Position numbers and translations under genes: made by a program. Shown here in pieces: positions 16,950-27,718 of a stretch of DNA of 64,000 nt; within the stretch, counting starts at the first letter, position 1, and each line of letters starts with the position of its first letter. This stretch comes from a virus: positions 64,001 to 128,000 of IMG/VR virus record IMGVR_UViG_3300025012_000031, one strand, 5' to 3'. The notes below the pieces were generated by a model. It ran no database searches and was not told the origin of the DNA. It saw nothing but the letters and a program-made list of their open reading frames with translations.

Positions 16950-17781
16950 TTTTCATCTCCTGTTGGTTGTTTGATTGTTTGTTGGATAAACAATAACAAA
17001 GAAGATGATTGGTGTCAATAGAAAAAATGCACTTTTTTCATATAGATGAATTTTTATTCTCCGTCGTCCTTTTCACCGAGTTGGATGTCATAGACGATCG
17101 TTAGAACATATGGGCGCTTTGGCTGGAGTGGATCAATGACGAGGTTGGTTGACTTGATGTCGACAACAGACCCCTTCTTTGCTCGACGCTCTAACCATCG
17201 CTTGATGTTCTTCTGCATACCGTTGAGATCGGTGCATCGGAAGAATCGTATGGTCGTCATGGTGGTTTCTTACTCAGCTGGTCGCTTGAACTTCTCAATG
17301 AGAGCATCTGCTTCCGCCTCATCTGCTACCGGAAGGCACATGTTGTGGCCGACTACGTACTGCTGTTCTTTGATCGTGATCTTTCGCATCGGCCCGGATG
17401 TATCGACCTCGACGCCGTCTTGCATCTTGACTGTCATGGCTACCTCCTTATCTACAACGAACGGGTTGGGGTATATACCCGGTGCCCGCAACTGATCCAA
17501 ATACTTGAACAATGGAGATGCCGATTCCCTCCTGGTCAGTTTCGCCGCGAATTGTTGCAATCGCAAACAAAAATCCGTTAAGACACTGGGTCTCAATAGC
17601 ACCGGTTGTACGATCGGGGATATAAATTTTCTTCTCTTCAGCACGTGCATATCCTGATGCCAGGACTAATGCAACCATAACTGCGAACATAACATTTGTT
17701 TTCACTAGTGGCCTCCATTAGTTAAGAGTTCTTACCTTGCGGATATAGAATATCAAACTTTTGTGTGGATGTCAATAAAAA

Positions 17782-18282
17782 TTATGCTGCCCGCTTAATT
17801 TTTTTAACAGCAGCAGAATGATACACACAACTCTTATGAAGCCATTTTGATATCTCAAGCATATTTTCGAGATCGTCAACTAGGAAAATGTTGTTATTAT
17901 TTGCTATTTCTTGCAGTTTGCTTTTAACAAGTTTCCTGGAGCGATTTGATTCGACAATCTGGGCCACACTTGCACTCGGATCGTTACACAGATCATCAAT
18001 CATAAAAATGAAATAGCGATGCTTGTTTGCTCGTAAAGCCGAGGCAATAGAAAATCCAATCTCCGCCAACGAACCTTGTCCAGTCGTCTCAGACGTGACG
18101 GGAAATAGAATTATATCATCTTCTATCAGATGTTTGTTTTCATCTGCAACCATGCCCGGGGACCACGTACCTTCAGCGACCTGTGGGTTAAAGAAATCAA
18201 TACCATTTTTCTCATATTCATTTATAAACGGTTCGCGCCACTTGCTTGAACCACATGTACCAAAAAGACCAATCGTTATCAT
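17782..18282 (-). CDS. Nucleoside 2-deoxyribosyltransferase-like (Nuc_deoxyri_tr2-type) protein
   Basis: GLFGTCG.S.WR...FFNPQV..W...E....DIILF...SLAEIG. Confidence 0.6.
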   Translation of the reverse strand: MITIGLFGTCGSSKWREPFINEYEKNGIDFFNPQVAEGTWSPGMVADENKHLIEDDIILFPVTSETTGQGSLAEIGFSIASALRANKHRYFIFMIDDLCNDPSASVAQIVESNRSRKLVKSKLQEIANNNNIFLVDDLENMLEISKWLHKSCVYHSAAVKKIKRAA

Positions 18283-18544
18283 TTAGTTTCTCCTTTAATC
18301 ATTCTTCAACGATTACATCAGGATTTAAGCGAAATTGTTCCACATCTTCGGCAACTAAAAGATCATCTGCAATTGCACTGTGTGTTACTTTCCTCCCATC
18401 AAATCTTCTATAGCGTTTACGAGCCGGTTCAATTACTACTAAGGGTGTTGACATAAGTTCTCCTTGTTAATTGTTTAATTAGATACTATGAAGGGTCTGT
18501 TAGTTTAATGATAAACAATTAACAGACCCTTCATAAATGGTTGA

Positions 18545-18615
18545 CGATGAAGTCCAGAATCGAACTGGAACCTGCTGCCGTCAGGGCAGCCGTGCGTCCA
18601 TACACTACATTCATC
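18545..18615 (-). pseudogene. Aberrant tRNA (loop CC TGA CG, bulged acceptor)
   Basis: D-arm GTG/CAC; GCTGC/GCAGC stem; T-arm TCCAG TTCGATT CTGGA. Confidence 0.5.
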
Positions 18616-18693
18616 TAATAGACAAGCTGCCCGCGAAGCAGAACACCCAAACAGACTATAATGTCACTCCCTGGGTTAGGAGTCTCGAGATGT

Positions 18694-19968
18694 TTAAACC
18701 GCGAAGTTATTTACACCATCTCCGTGGTCAATTGAAAAAATTCTAAAGAAGTCACTATCACCGATATCAGTACCAGTATCTTGTGGATGACGGGTCATGA
18801 AGTAACGCGAAATCAACATAAAGTGTTCCTGGAATGTATCTGGATCAACCGCTGTTGCAATAAGATTAGAATAAGGCGAATAAATCAAACCACAATCGCC
18901 CGTGCAATCTTTCTCCCCCATATATCCAATTAGCACATAATGATCTGTGCTATAAAAATCGCACATTAGTGGCAACGTACCAACTTTACCGACATAATAG
19001 GGATTCTCTTCGTCTGGCTTTGTTTTTGTGTGGAGTGGGTTTGTGAGTAGCAGAGCGCATGTTGACGAATCGGCTAAAACAAACATCTTTCTTGGCTTGC
19101 GGATTGCTCTTACGATTTGTTCCGCAGCATTGTAAATGTTGGTATAGATATCACTAGCAACGGCCATGATGTCGCCCTGAATACCATATGAATTGAGTAG
19201 AACAACATCATTCATTGGTGTGGCAATATCACGAAGATAAGCAATCGTCTCAATATCAATTTCTTGCTTGATTTCGGTTGAAAGTGTTTTGCCTGCTAGT
19301 TCGGTTCCCTCTACACCAAAGTAAGCCATATAATCTTGAAGCTTTTCTTTAGTGAATTTACTTTTGATTTTGCGGGACTTAACTTCTTTCAAGATTGTGC
19401 GAACTTCAAATTCAACATTCTTAACGAGTGAATTGTCGTCAAGGAACGGACCAGAATAATTCTTAAACACCTTCTTGATCGATGTTCTGTTAACAGATGA
19501 ATAGGTAACAGTACGAACATCCGGGACTTCTACTGTTCCGATGTCGGTTGTGTTGGTGACCAAAATTTTCGGAACGGCATTATCAACGATATCGATTCTT
19601 ACAAGAAGGAATGTACCTTCTTTAAAGATGACCTCGGCAACAGCACCAGCCGCTGAAAATGTCAATGAATCGCCAACGGCAATACCAGTCGTATCATCGA
19701 GAGCAATGATTCTACTCGTCTCAAGATGAATACCATCTGATAAAGATTTATCACCGGTGTAAATTGAGTACAGCGCCGCAATTTTTGCAGACGGAGACTT
19801 TGTTGGCTGCACATCAGCGATCTGGGTGATGAGCATTTCATTATAAAGATGATTGAGGAGCGGATAGATAAGTGGTTCCCAAGGAGCCATCGCAGTAGAA
19901 CCGCTTGATTCTTTGAGAGAATTATCTTTAAGAGTCTCAACTATTAATTTGTGATTCTGATTTTCCAT
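18694..19968 (-). CDS. T4 gp23/gp24-family capsid protein paralog (possible vertex protein)
   Basis: IADVQPT.SPS..I.AL, KSRKIK..FT.E..QD, EI..EID.E.I, GLIYSPY...DPDTFQ....SRY. Confidence 0.8.
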   Translation of the reverse strand: MENQNHKLIVETLKDNSLKESSGSTAMAPWEPLIYPLLNHLYNEMLITQIADVQPTKSPSAKIAALYSIYTGDKSLSDGIHLETSRIIALDDTTGIAVGDSLTFSAAGAVAEVIFKEGTFLLVRIDIVDNAVPKILVTNTTDIGTVEVPDVRTVTYSSVNRTSIKKVFKNYSGPFLDDNSLVKNVEFEVRTILKEVKSRKIKSKFTKEKLQDYMAYFGVEGTELAGKTLSTEIKQEIDIETIAYLRDIATPMNDVVLLNSYGIQGDIMAVASDIYTNIYNAAEQIVRAIRKPRKMFVLADSSTCALLLTNPLHTKTKPDEENPYYVGKVGTLPLMCDFYSTDHYVLIGYMGEKDCTGDCGLIYSPYSNLIATAVDPDTFQEHFMLISRYFMTRHPQDTGTDIGDSDFFRIFSIDHGDGVNNFAV

Positions 19969-20489
19969 GAATGTACCCCTTGTTGAAGTTTAAATTTATT
20001 TATCAACAAGGGAACTTCAGTATATGTGTTTTACTTTTTAAAATTCTTTCGTCATAAAGATTTCAATTATCATCGCATCAATCGCGCCGCGACTAACAAT
20101 ATTGAGTGAAAACGAATCACCATGACACGTGACAGCGCCACCATCGCCGAAAGATACGAATCCTGCGCTCAGTGGTTTATAGTGCGGAAATTTTTTCGTG
20201 AATGTTTCTGCAATGTCAGAGTGCTGTAATATCGAAGGAAAAAGAATCGGCACCTCGGCGTCAATCTTTGAATCAAACACAATATACTTCGTCTTAAGCA
20301 TCAGTGACAATCCTTTCTAAAGCATGTCTTTCAATTTTGCCTTGTTTTCATTTTTAACCTTTTGCATGCACTCCGCACACCCGTTTTCAAACACGGTTAT
20401 CTTCTTATCAGGGCTCATACATCGGCACTGACTAATGATTTTACCACAGGAACACTTATTTGTATAATGTTCGCCCAAGATGATTCTCC

Positions 20490-21422
20490 TTAATCCATGT
20501 CGTCAAGCAAATCGCTGCAACCGTAGAGTTTATTATCGAAGATGTATTCTGTCACTGCTGGGTAAAGTCTTTCATCAAAGAATCCTTGGTGAAATCCCCC
20601 CTTAAATCCAGCCCGGATTTCTGTTGAGGACAGTTCCATAATGTTTTCGCCGGCAAGAAAGACATGAGGCGCGGAAAGATACCAAGGGTTACGTGATACA
20701 TCAACCGTCTCCCCTTTTCTTGGGGCCACAACGAAACGAACTCGTTTCTCCAATTCTTCCCACTGAAACCAATCTTCAGCATGGTTCGCATTATCCATAC
20801 CCATGATGAATGCGAACCGATATGTATCTTTATACAGCGGGTCTTCATTCAGTGTATTCATGAAGTGAAGCGTTGTCCCACCGAACTTATTGGCTATTTC
20901 ATAATCGAACACTTTGATTCGTGGATCATCAATGGCGAGTTCACACATCCGAAGACGATGTTCAGCATTTTCCATCTTTTTACCGTACACAGATTTGTAG
21001 CAGGGGCACAACCAAACTTCATCAAATTCCTTGGCGGCCTTAAGAACTGTTTTTGCCACTTGAATATGGCCAAGATGAATCGGGTCAAAAGCACCACCCA
21101 TTAATGCGACGTTGATTTTCCTCCCCATTGATTTGTATTGGACGCGACGATTCTTTATCTTTTCCCAGTTCTCTTGAAGCAGAACTTCAACAGAGACACC
21201 CAACTCTTCAGCTGCAACAAAACACGAGGCAATGATATCACCCAGTTCTTCCCTGAAGTTTTTGATGTCGGTGAAGCGACTAAGTTCAATCGCTTCACCG
21301 AGGATATCATTGACTCTGGTTTTTATTGATGATCGGCCGAATGCTTCTTTGAAAACCTCAGCAGTGTGAGCTGATAAATGATCAACATTCTTCATTGATT
21401 TCTTGTCCTTGATTTTTATCAT
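20490..21422 (-). CDS. nadD: MazG-like domain fused to nicotinate-nucleotide adenylyltransferase
   Basis: GE..EL...EELGD (MazG-like); GGAFDPIHLGH, MGMDN...W, SST.IR (NadD). Confidence 0.85.
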   Translation of the reverse strand: MIKIKDKKSMKNVDHLSAHTAEVFKEAFGRSSIKTRVNDILGEAIELSRFTDIKNFREELGDIIASCFVAAEELGVSVEVLLQENWEKIKNRRVQYKSMGRKINVALMGGAFDPIHLGHIQVAKTVLKAAKEFDEVWLCPCYKSVYGKKMENAEHRLRMCELAIDDPRIKVFDYEIANKFGGTTLHFMNTLNEDPLYKDTYRFAFIMGMDNANHAEDWFQWEELEKRVRFVVAPRKGETVDVSRNPWYLSAPHVFLAGENIMELSSTEIRAGFKGGFHQGFFDERLYPAVTEYIFDNKLYGCSDLLDDMD

Positions 21423-21811
21423 GTCCGGCCAACTGATCTTCTAATTTTGCAATCAAGAAGGCCACGAGTTCTAGTCGGCGCCGGCCGTATTCACCCGACC
21501 ACATATCGTTGGCGCCCATTGTCGGTCGAGGAACAGGATACGAAACACTGCCACTATGTTTACCCCACCCGCATGCATAAATTCCAACGAATGGATATGC
21601 ATATTTACCGCTGATGTCGGAAAGATTAGAGCAAATCCCTGTAAATTTGTGCACTATCCTACCATCACGAATCTCTTTCAAACCGTCCAGGAAATTTTGC
21701 TTCTGATCATCTGTGAAAATCATAAATACTCCGATTTGGTTAGTTAGATCATTTCAAAATGAAAATGCGGCTGAACACAATGAAAAATGTTCAGCCGCAT
21801 TTTCATTTGGA

Positions 21812-22102
21812 TTAAACGCCGGTAGAAACCTGGGGGTTGAGAAGATTGGCCAAGGAGAGTTTCATGTTACGACCCTCGGCGATGGTGTTGGCGAGGTCGA
21901 AGTTTTCGCCTTCGATTTTTGCGGCGAATTTCTCGAATTCAATCCGGGCGGCGGCGAGAGCTTTGTTGTTTTCTTCGATCAGCGTCTCGGTTTCTTTGAT
22001 GCCGAGGTCAAGTTCACGGAGCTTGAGTTTGAAGTCGGCGAGGACATCAGCGATACGAGCTTTACCGGTTTTCTGTTTGACCAAAAAGGATGTAAATTTC
22101 AT
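21812..22102 (-). CDS. Coiled-coil hypothetical protein
   Basis: Heptad-rich sequence; followed by a long hairpin terminator at about 21757-21808. Confidence 0.5.
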   Translation of the reverse strand: MKFTSFLVKQKTGKARIADVLADFKLKLRELDLGIKETETLIEENNKALAAARIEFEKFAAKIEGENFDLANTIAEGRNMKLSLANLLNPQVSTGV

Positions 22103-22166
22103 GATTTGTTGCCTTTCGTTTGTTGGTTGATTGGATTATGTAACCCCTTATTAGGTTACATTAAAG

Positions 22167-22239
22167 TGGATGAGTGAGTTAGAATCAAACTAACGACCTC
22201 CGCCCGAATGGCGGTACTCTATCACTGAGCTATCACCCA
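22167..22239 (-). ncRNA. tRNA-like RNA with 5-nt anticodon loop
   Basis: Intact acceptor, D and T arms and CCA; CCGCC-ATTCG-GGCGG. Confidence 0.65.
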
Positions 22240-22247
22240 ATAAAATT

Positions 22248-22320
22248 TGGTGCGGTGGACAGGAGTCGAACCTGCATCTTCCGCTCTTATGCGGCTGATC
22301 TACCAATTTATCTACACCGC
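22248..22320 (-). ncRNA. tRNA-like RNA with 6-nt anticodon loop
   Basis: GCCGC-ATAAGA-GCGGA; canonical T-arm; ACCA. Confidence 0.65.
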
Positions 22321-22399
22321 GAGACGATGCCGCCGACGTACTTCCATAAAGGGGCGGACCTCGATAGAAATATCATCCATCGTCTTTTTCAAAAACTTT

Positions 22400-22520
22400 G
22401 CGTGTCATAAAGGATTCGAGCCTTTGTTTCTCCATGCGGAATTACGGCAACCGTTAAATGTGGGAATCGAACCCAGCGCCAACCCAGGTGGATTGTCCTT
22501 TCCTATAGACGAATGACACG
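22400..22520 (-). ncRNA. tRNA-like RNA with about 54-nt insert in anticodon loop containing a second T-arm
   Basis: CGTGTCA/TGACACG acceptor; TCCA/TGGA stem; insert has TGGG TTCGATT CCCA. Confidence 0.6.
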
Positions 22521-22831
22521 TTATAAACAAACTTCTAGTAGAGCGAGTTTAAATCGGAAGGGCGTCGGCCGTTCGCGAATCAAACTCAAACCCCACCTTA
22601 AGATCAATTCCGTATTGTGAAAGCCATTATAATTCATCCTTATGAAGATGTAAATGGTTAATTTACATTGGAAGCAATTTAAATTTCTTGATTTCCAAAT
22701 TTACACCGTAAGAACCTGCTGCTTTCACTGCGGCACCGGGACTCTTGTCCCATACTCTTCGGTTAGTGCCGCTTTGGAACCAAGATTTACATTTATGATC
22801 CCAGATCTTATAAACGAACTCTTCATTCATT

Positions 22832-23239
22832 TTAATAAGTCCTCCCAATTGTTAAATGGAATTTCCAATCACTCGGTCGCCCTGCTTCATCTCGCATCAT
22901 CTTGAGAAACGGTGCATCAACTTCAACGAACCAGTAATGATCCGGGCGATCCCAACCTGTAGTATCTCCGCTACGACGCACATCATGCTTATATCGAAAG
23001 TCAACGATTTCTCCATCATACTTTTTCCAGAACTCACCAACATTCTCTCCGCGGAAAATCGAAACATGCGCATCCCAAGAAGGCTGGTACAAATCAATAC
23101 CCATCATCCGTTTAACCCACCAACGATAGTAGCGGGTGATTTCTTTGTCTACATTAAGGACACACCAATGCTCCGTCTTCTTTTTCATTTCTCCACGAAA
23201 TGGATCATAGATGATTTTTCCTGTGCCCGGATGCCACAT
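22832..23239 (-). CDS. 2H phosphoesterase (Acb1/gp57B-like candidate)
   Basis: Two HxS/T motifs: AHVSI and FHLTIG. Confidence 0.7.
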   Translation of the reverse strand: MWHPGTGKIIYDPFRGEMKKKTEHWCVLNVDKEITRYYRWWVKRMMGIDLYQPSWDAHVSIFRGENVGEFWKKYDGEIVDFRYKHDVRRSGDTTGWDRPDHYWFVEVDAPFLKMMRDEAGRPSDWKFHLTIGRTY

Positions 23240-23454
23240 TTTCTAAACTCTCTTTGTTCAATTTGTATCAGAGTATTAAATCAAATTTCATCATTAATGT
23301 CAACAACATTTTTCTTTACAGTGCATTTCTTAGTGACATCATGCTTAATTACAGCATTGCACAATTCCCTAGAATTACATACACCTAGAAGTTCACAATC
23401 AAGACAACAGTCTGTCTTGTTATTTTCACATCTTGAACCATGACACTTCATATG

Positions 23455-24195
23455 TTATTTCTTTTTCGATTGTTTATCATAATCTATTCGAGTATGATAG
23501 ATACCGTCAAGTTCTCTGACGAGTTTCAATTGGACCTGCCGCAAGATACCGACCCGCATTTGGTCAAGTTGTTTGTCATCTCTCAATCGCTCAATGGTCT
23601 CCCTGACAACGTCGGTCCTGGCAATGGGCTCTAACATTCTATCAGCCCGGCCGCATGAAGTTGCCTCTACGGCATCGGTAATCATGAGGATGCTGGAGTA
23701 TTCACAATCGGGTTTGGGGCACTTATAGCGGAATTTGTCAATTGCCTTAGATTCTGTTTTGTTGCAGATGGCCATGAGCGGAGAGTCGCCGTGATGTTTA
23801 GCGATGACTTGGAGAACTTCCCTTGGCATATCTGTTTGTGTTAAAAGAATCATAACACTGTCAGATACGTGCCTTGTTAGTATTTGATAGGAGATGTGTG
23901 GTTCGAGGTTATCGTGGGGATTTTCTTCTTCTTGATTTTCGGTGAAATAATGTGGGTTGATGATTTTACCGATGTCATGATACATTGCACAGACCTTCAT
24001 AAATGTCTGGTCAAGACCAAGGTCAGCGGCAATAGCTTCAGCAAGAGTCGAGACATTCTGACAATGCCTGAATGTACCCGGGGCAGCAGCTTTGAATCTT
24101 CCTAGTAAAGGATAATCAGATTCGAGATATTGCTTTAAATTTTCACTGTTGAATTCATTCATTATTTGTTTCACCTTCGTTTGTTTTTGTATCAA
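23455..24195 (-). CDS. Stand-alone HDIG phosphohydrolase resembling the HD domain of PgpH/7TM-HD c-di-AMP phosphodiesterase
   Basis: APGT..H..NV..LAEA, YHDIGK..P.YF.ENQ...NPHD.L.P..S..I..HV, HHG, FRY..PKP, D.VEA. Confidence 0.85.
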   Translation of the reverse strand: MIQKQTKVKQIMNEFNSENLKQYLESDYPLLGRFKAAAPGTFRHCQNVSTLAEAIAADLGLDQTFMKVCAMYHDIGKIINPHYFTENQEEENPHDNLEPHISYQILTRHVSDSVMILLTQTDMPREVLQVIAKHHGDSPLMAICNKTESKAIDKFRYKCPKPDCEYSSILMITDAVEATSCGRADRMLEPIARTDVVRETIERLRDDKQLDQMRVGILRQVQLKLVRELDGIYHTRIDYDKQSKKK

Positions 24196-24234
24196 CGATG
24201 TACCGTTTTATGCATCTTTGTAATCAAAACCCGG

Positions 24235-24322
24235 CGGCGAGGAAGGGAATCGAACCCTTAAACCGATTCATCATCGGCTGGCTGCTTTCCAAGCAGCTGA
24301 CCTACCGTTAGTCAACCACGCC
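24235..24322 (-). tRNA. tRNA-Ser(GGA)
   Basis: GCTGC-TT GGA AA-GCAGC; long variable arm; G73. Confidence 0.88.
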
Positions 24323-24697
24323 AAATCTTTTTATTATAGTCTTTAGCTATTACTTGATGTATCTGGTCTTGCTTGTGGTCACATCTGATAGTATGGAATG
24401 ATATAACAATCATGCCGCATTCTATGATGGGTTCTGCATCATTTCTTTTATTTTGGTTTTTGCTTTCGTAAGTACGATCATCAACTCATCAAGCTCCCAG
24501 GGACTTAATGAAACCATGCTTGGGTCTTCCTTGTCAAGACCTTGACATATCTGAACCATTAATGCGGACGGACTGTTAACCGGCCTCATTTTTCGCTCTA
24601 TTCGGTTTAGTTCAACCCAGGTCATATCGTCATGACCTATTTTTTCTGTTAGATGATTTGTTATATTTGGATGTGTCATATCTGTTCCTTTCATCAG

Positions 24698-24768
24698 GCT
24701 CATGGGTTGGTTTCGAGGCCAACATCTCCCTTTTATGAAAGGGTATCCTATTGTTAAACGACCATGAG
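24698..24768 (-). pseudogene. Aberrant tRNA-Met-like (6-nt loop TCATAA)
   Basis: CTCATGG/CCATGAG acceptor; CCCTT/AAGGG stem; 8-nt T-loop. Confidence 0.55.
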
Positions 24769-25196
24769 GAGCAAATTATATCATTATTCGGCACTCGTGT
24801 CAATCTTTAATTTCTTTAAATCGGAAATAAGATCGGCCTTTGAATAAGCTTTCCCGACCCAGATCAGATCTGCATAGGTAGCATTTGCTTCGAGCTTTTT
24901 AAGAATTTCATTCAACAGTTCTTCGTTCATAATTTTCTCCACGTGTTGATTGTATAATAAAAGTTGCATCAAGATTATCAATGCAACTTCTAAGAATCAT
25001 TTTATGTATTTACTCTATTGGAACTCTTCCGCTTCCACCGCATACACGACACGTTCCGATGAAGGATTCGAATGGCGGAGTATATTCGTTCTGCTGTGTC
25101 TTACCGGCACCGTTACAATTCGGACAAGTTTTAACTTTGATTTTAATCGTCATTGTTTCGGCCATGATAATCTCCCGGGCTGTATAAATGGTCAAG

Positions 25197-25277
25197 AGGA
25201 AGATGAAGTAATCGAAACCTCGTGTTTTACCACGGCATAGCGTTCGAAGCTAATTTGCCACCTTGGCGCCACCTTCC
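25197..25277 (-). tRNA. tRNA-Ser(CGA)
   Basis: TTAGC-TT CGA AC-GCTAT; variable arm CGTG/CACG. Confidence 0.75.
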
Positions 25278-25522
25278 TTATTTCAATTCTTCAAGAAAAT
25301 CTAAATCAACTTCACCTCTATCTAAGACAAGATCAATGTCATCCCAGTTATGAGTCCATATTAATTTAGGATGCAACCAATCAGCGACACTGATTGTCTT
25401 TTCTTTGTGATTCACCGTGACATGCGGCAATGGCATCCATGTTACATGATCAAGAAAACTTACAAGAATCGCTTTTGGTGTTCTTTGTATAATTTTGTCA
25501 TACGAAACTTTTACTGGCATCT

Positions 25523-25900
25523 TTAATCTTTACGACTGCCCGGCGGATAAACCTTTTTCGGATCAGCCGTCTTCATTTCCATTTTAATGTCTTTGTCTGC
25601 ATCAATGAAAGAAAGTAATTCTTTCTCCGTCTTAAAGTAAACTCGATTGGAGAAGTATGAAATTCCGTATGGCCCGCCCGGAGCATTACTAACGCTCACG
25701 TTGAATTGCTTTTTATCTTTTGTGTAGTAAAGAGCACCACCATGATTCTCGGCTGTACCCCACTTGTCTTTATCTTTATGCGAACCTCTGAAGCCGTACT
25801 TTGTTTTAGTAAGGAGTTTTGTTAACATTTCGCTAAAATCATCAGCGGTGAATTTACCAGCGGATTCTTTTATAAACTCGCTAAATTTTTTGATTGTCAT
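25523..25900 (-). CDS. Late protein with CTS-like N-terminus
   Basis: MTIKKFSEFIKE; TATAAATA at 25947-25954. Confidence 0.6.
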   Translation of the reverse strand: MTIKKFSEFIKESAGKFTADDFSEMLTKLLTKTKYGFRGSHKDKDKWGTAENHGGALYYTKDKKQFNVSVSNAPGGPYGISYFSNRVYFKTEKELLSFIDADKDIKMEMKTADPKKVYPPGSRKD

Positions 25901-25968
25901 CTGTATAACTCCTTATGTGAATACCATCTTTAAAGTGCATATACGGTATTTATAAAGATGACATGTCT

Positions 25969-26053
25969 TGGAGGAAAGTAGAGGAATCAAACCCCGATGC
26001 TATTAACACCCCCTGGTGTTCAAAACCAGTTTGCCGTCTTGGCGGTACCTTCC
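25969..26053 (-). tRNA. tRNA-Ser(TGA)
   Basis: CTGGT-TT TGA AC-ACCAG; long variable arm; CCA. Confidence 0.85.
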
Positions 26054-26910
26054 ATATGTTTTACGAGTTCATGCCCTTCTGCTGACCGATGTCCCATGCA
26101 TAGTGCTGGGTGTATTGGTTCCAGAAGTCATAAGGGTTTTTTGTTATTCCTTGTTTCCCGGCAGTAACACCCTCATCATATTCGGGTGATAGATGTAATG
26201 CCATCGCTGTTCCCTTTGGAACTAGGGCACTTCTTCTACTCATTGTTTATTTCTTTCTTTAACATGCCAACGGATTATTGAAGATGTCCCAAATTTTAAG
26301 AGCATCATCTTTTATCATATTAGATGCATGTCTTTCACATTTGGTACATTTGATTTTCCATTCATAACCGCCAGGCGAATTTTGAAATTTGATGCGAGCT
26401 TCTGATCCACACCCACACCTCAATTGTTTAATTTCCTTTGACCATAGCTTCATTAAATTCTTTCCATTCTTTTGTTAGAAACAAGTCAATATAATAAAGA
26501 CCCGGTTCATAGCTTGCATATGAAACGTAATTAACCTGCTTATAGATTTTCTCTTCGCGGCCAGTTGGTACATAATGTTCGTACTTCATCAACGAACTCA
26601 TATTATTGATTCGCCAACGTTGATCATATGGAACTGACAATTCGCATCTTATCGATGATTCGCCGAATTCAACATAAGGACCGTGTGCGCCAACAACAAG
26701 ACGAACATAATCACCCGTAAGTAATGTTCCGTCTATTAGATGAAATTTTCTATTTTGTGACGGCAACCAATTGACGAAATCATGTAAGAGAATTTGCATT
26801 CTTCGGATACGATCTCGACCTAATGTTTTTGGGATATGCCATCCTCTGTCTTCTAACTGTTGACGATAAGCAGTAATCTCTTTTTCTATTTCATTCATTG
26901 TTAACCCGAG

Positions 26911-26979
26911 TGGCGATAGGCAGAATCGAACTGCCCCCGCGGACTTATGAAATCCATGGTCATAACCATACATACCGCC
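26911..26979 (-). tRNA. tRNA-Met(CAT) (or Ile2), reduced D-arm
   Basis: TGGAT-TT CAT AA-GTCCG; acceptor GGCGGTA/TATCGCC. Confidence 0.7.
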
Positions 26980-27151
26980 AAATTACCAACGACATCCTTT
27001 CGGACATACCGGACGATTTACTTTTGTTCTCCAAACTCGCTCAAAACATTTAGGACAGAATCCAAATGATGTGATGATTAGATTCTTGTAATATTTGAGC
27101 TGCGATTTAAATCTTGGATATTTAAAATTCATTAGTTTACCTTTCTTTGTG

Positions 27152-27225
27152 TGGAGGGAAGTATGGGGTTCGAACCCATGCTCGCCGGGTCACGGCCGAC
27201 GCGACTACCATTATCTTAACGACCC
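27152..27225 (-). tRNA. tRNA-His(GTG)
   Basis: GTCGG-CC GTG AC-CCGGC; CCA. Confidence 0.8.
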
Positions 27226-27626
27226 ATTAATCAAGATTCTTTTAATACTTCAAGATGCTTACGAATATACCGCATGAACAACATCGCCTTTTCTTCAGCG
27301 GGGAATGTTGCCTCACCGCAATCTTCAATCGGTACAGGGAACTCGAAGTTCTTATCAATGACTTCATAGTAAAGATTACCAGCCCGATAGCGAACAAAAC
27401 GAACGACTGTCCCTTTAACTAAATCTTTAATATTCAATTCACTCATCTTTGAAATATCCTTCCGTGTCGCTCATTGCATCGCTATAGCCGCTCCAATTGT
27501 CAACACCATATACTTCAAGACGATCAAGGGTATCAGCACTCTTCAGTAGGCTGTTATATTCTTTCTCAGTGATGGTTACCATTTTTTCTTCTGTTGGTTG
27601 AGACATTGAAGTCTCCTTTCATTACG

Positions 27627-27718
27627 TGGTGGTTCTAGGACGGAATTGAACCTCTTGCCCATACGGGGAATGTTCTACAGACATCCGGCAGCACCAGCTA
27701 CCCTTACTTGCAAGAACC
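27627..27718 (-). tRNA. tRNA-Tyr(GTA) with expanded connector
   Basis: GATGT-CT GTA GA-ACATT; variable arm; ACCA. Confidence 0.7.
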
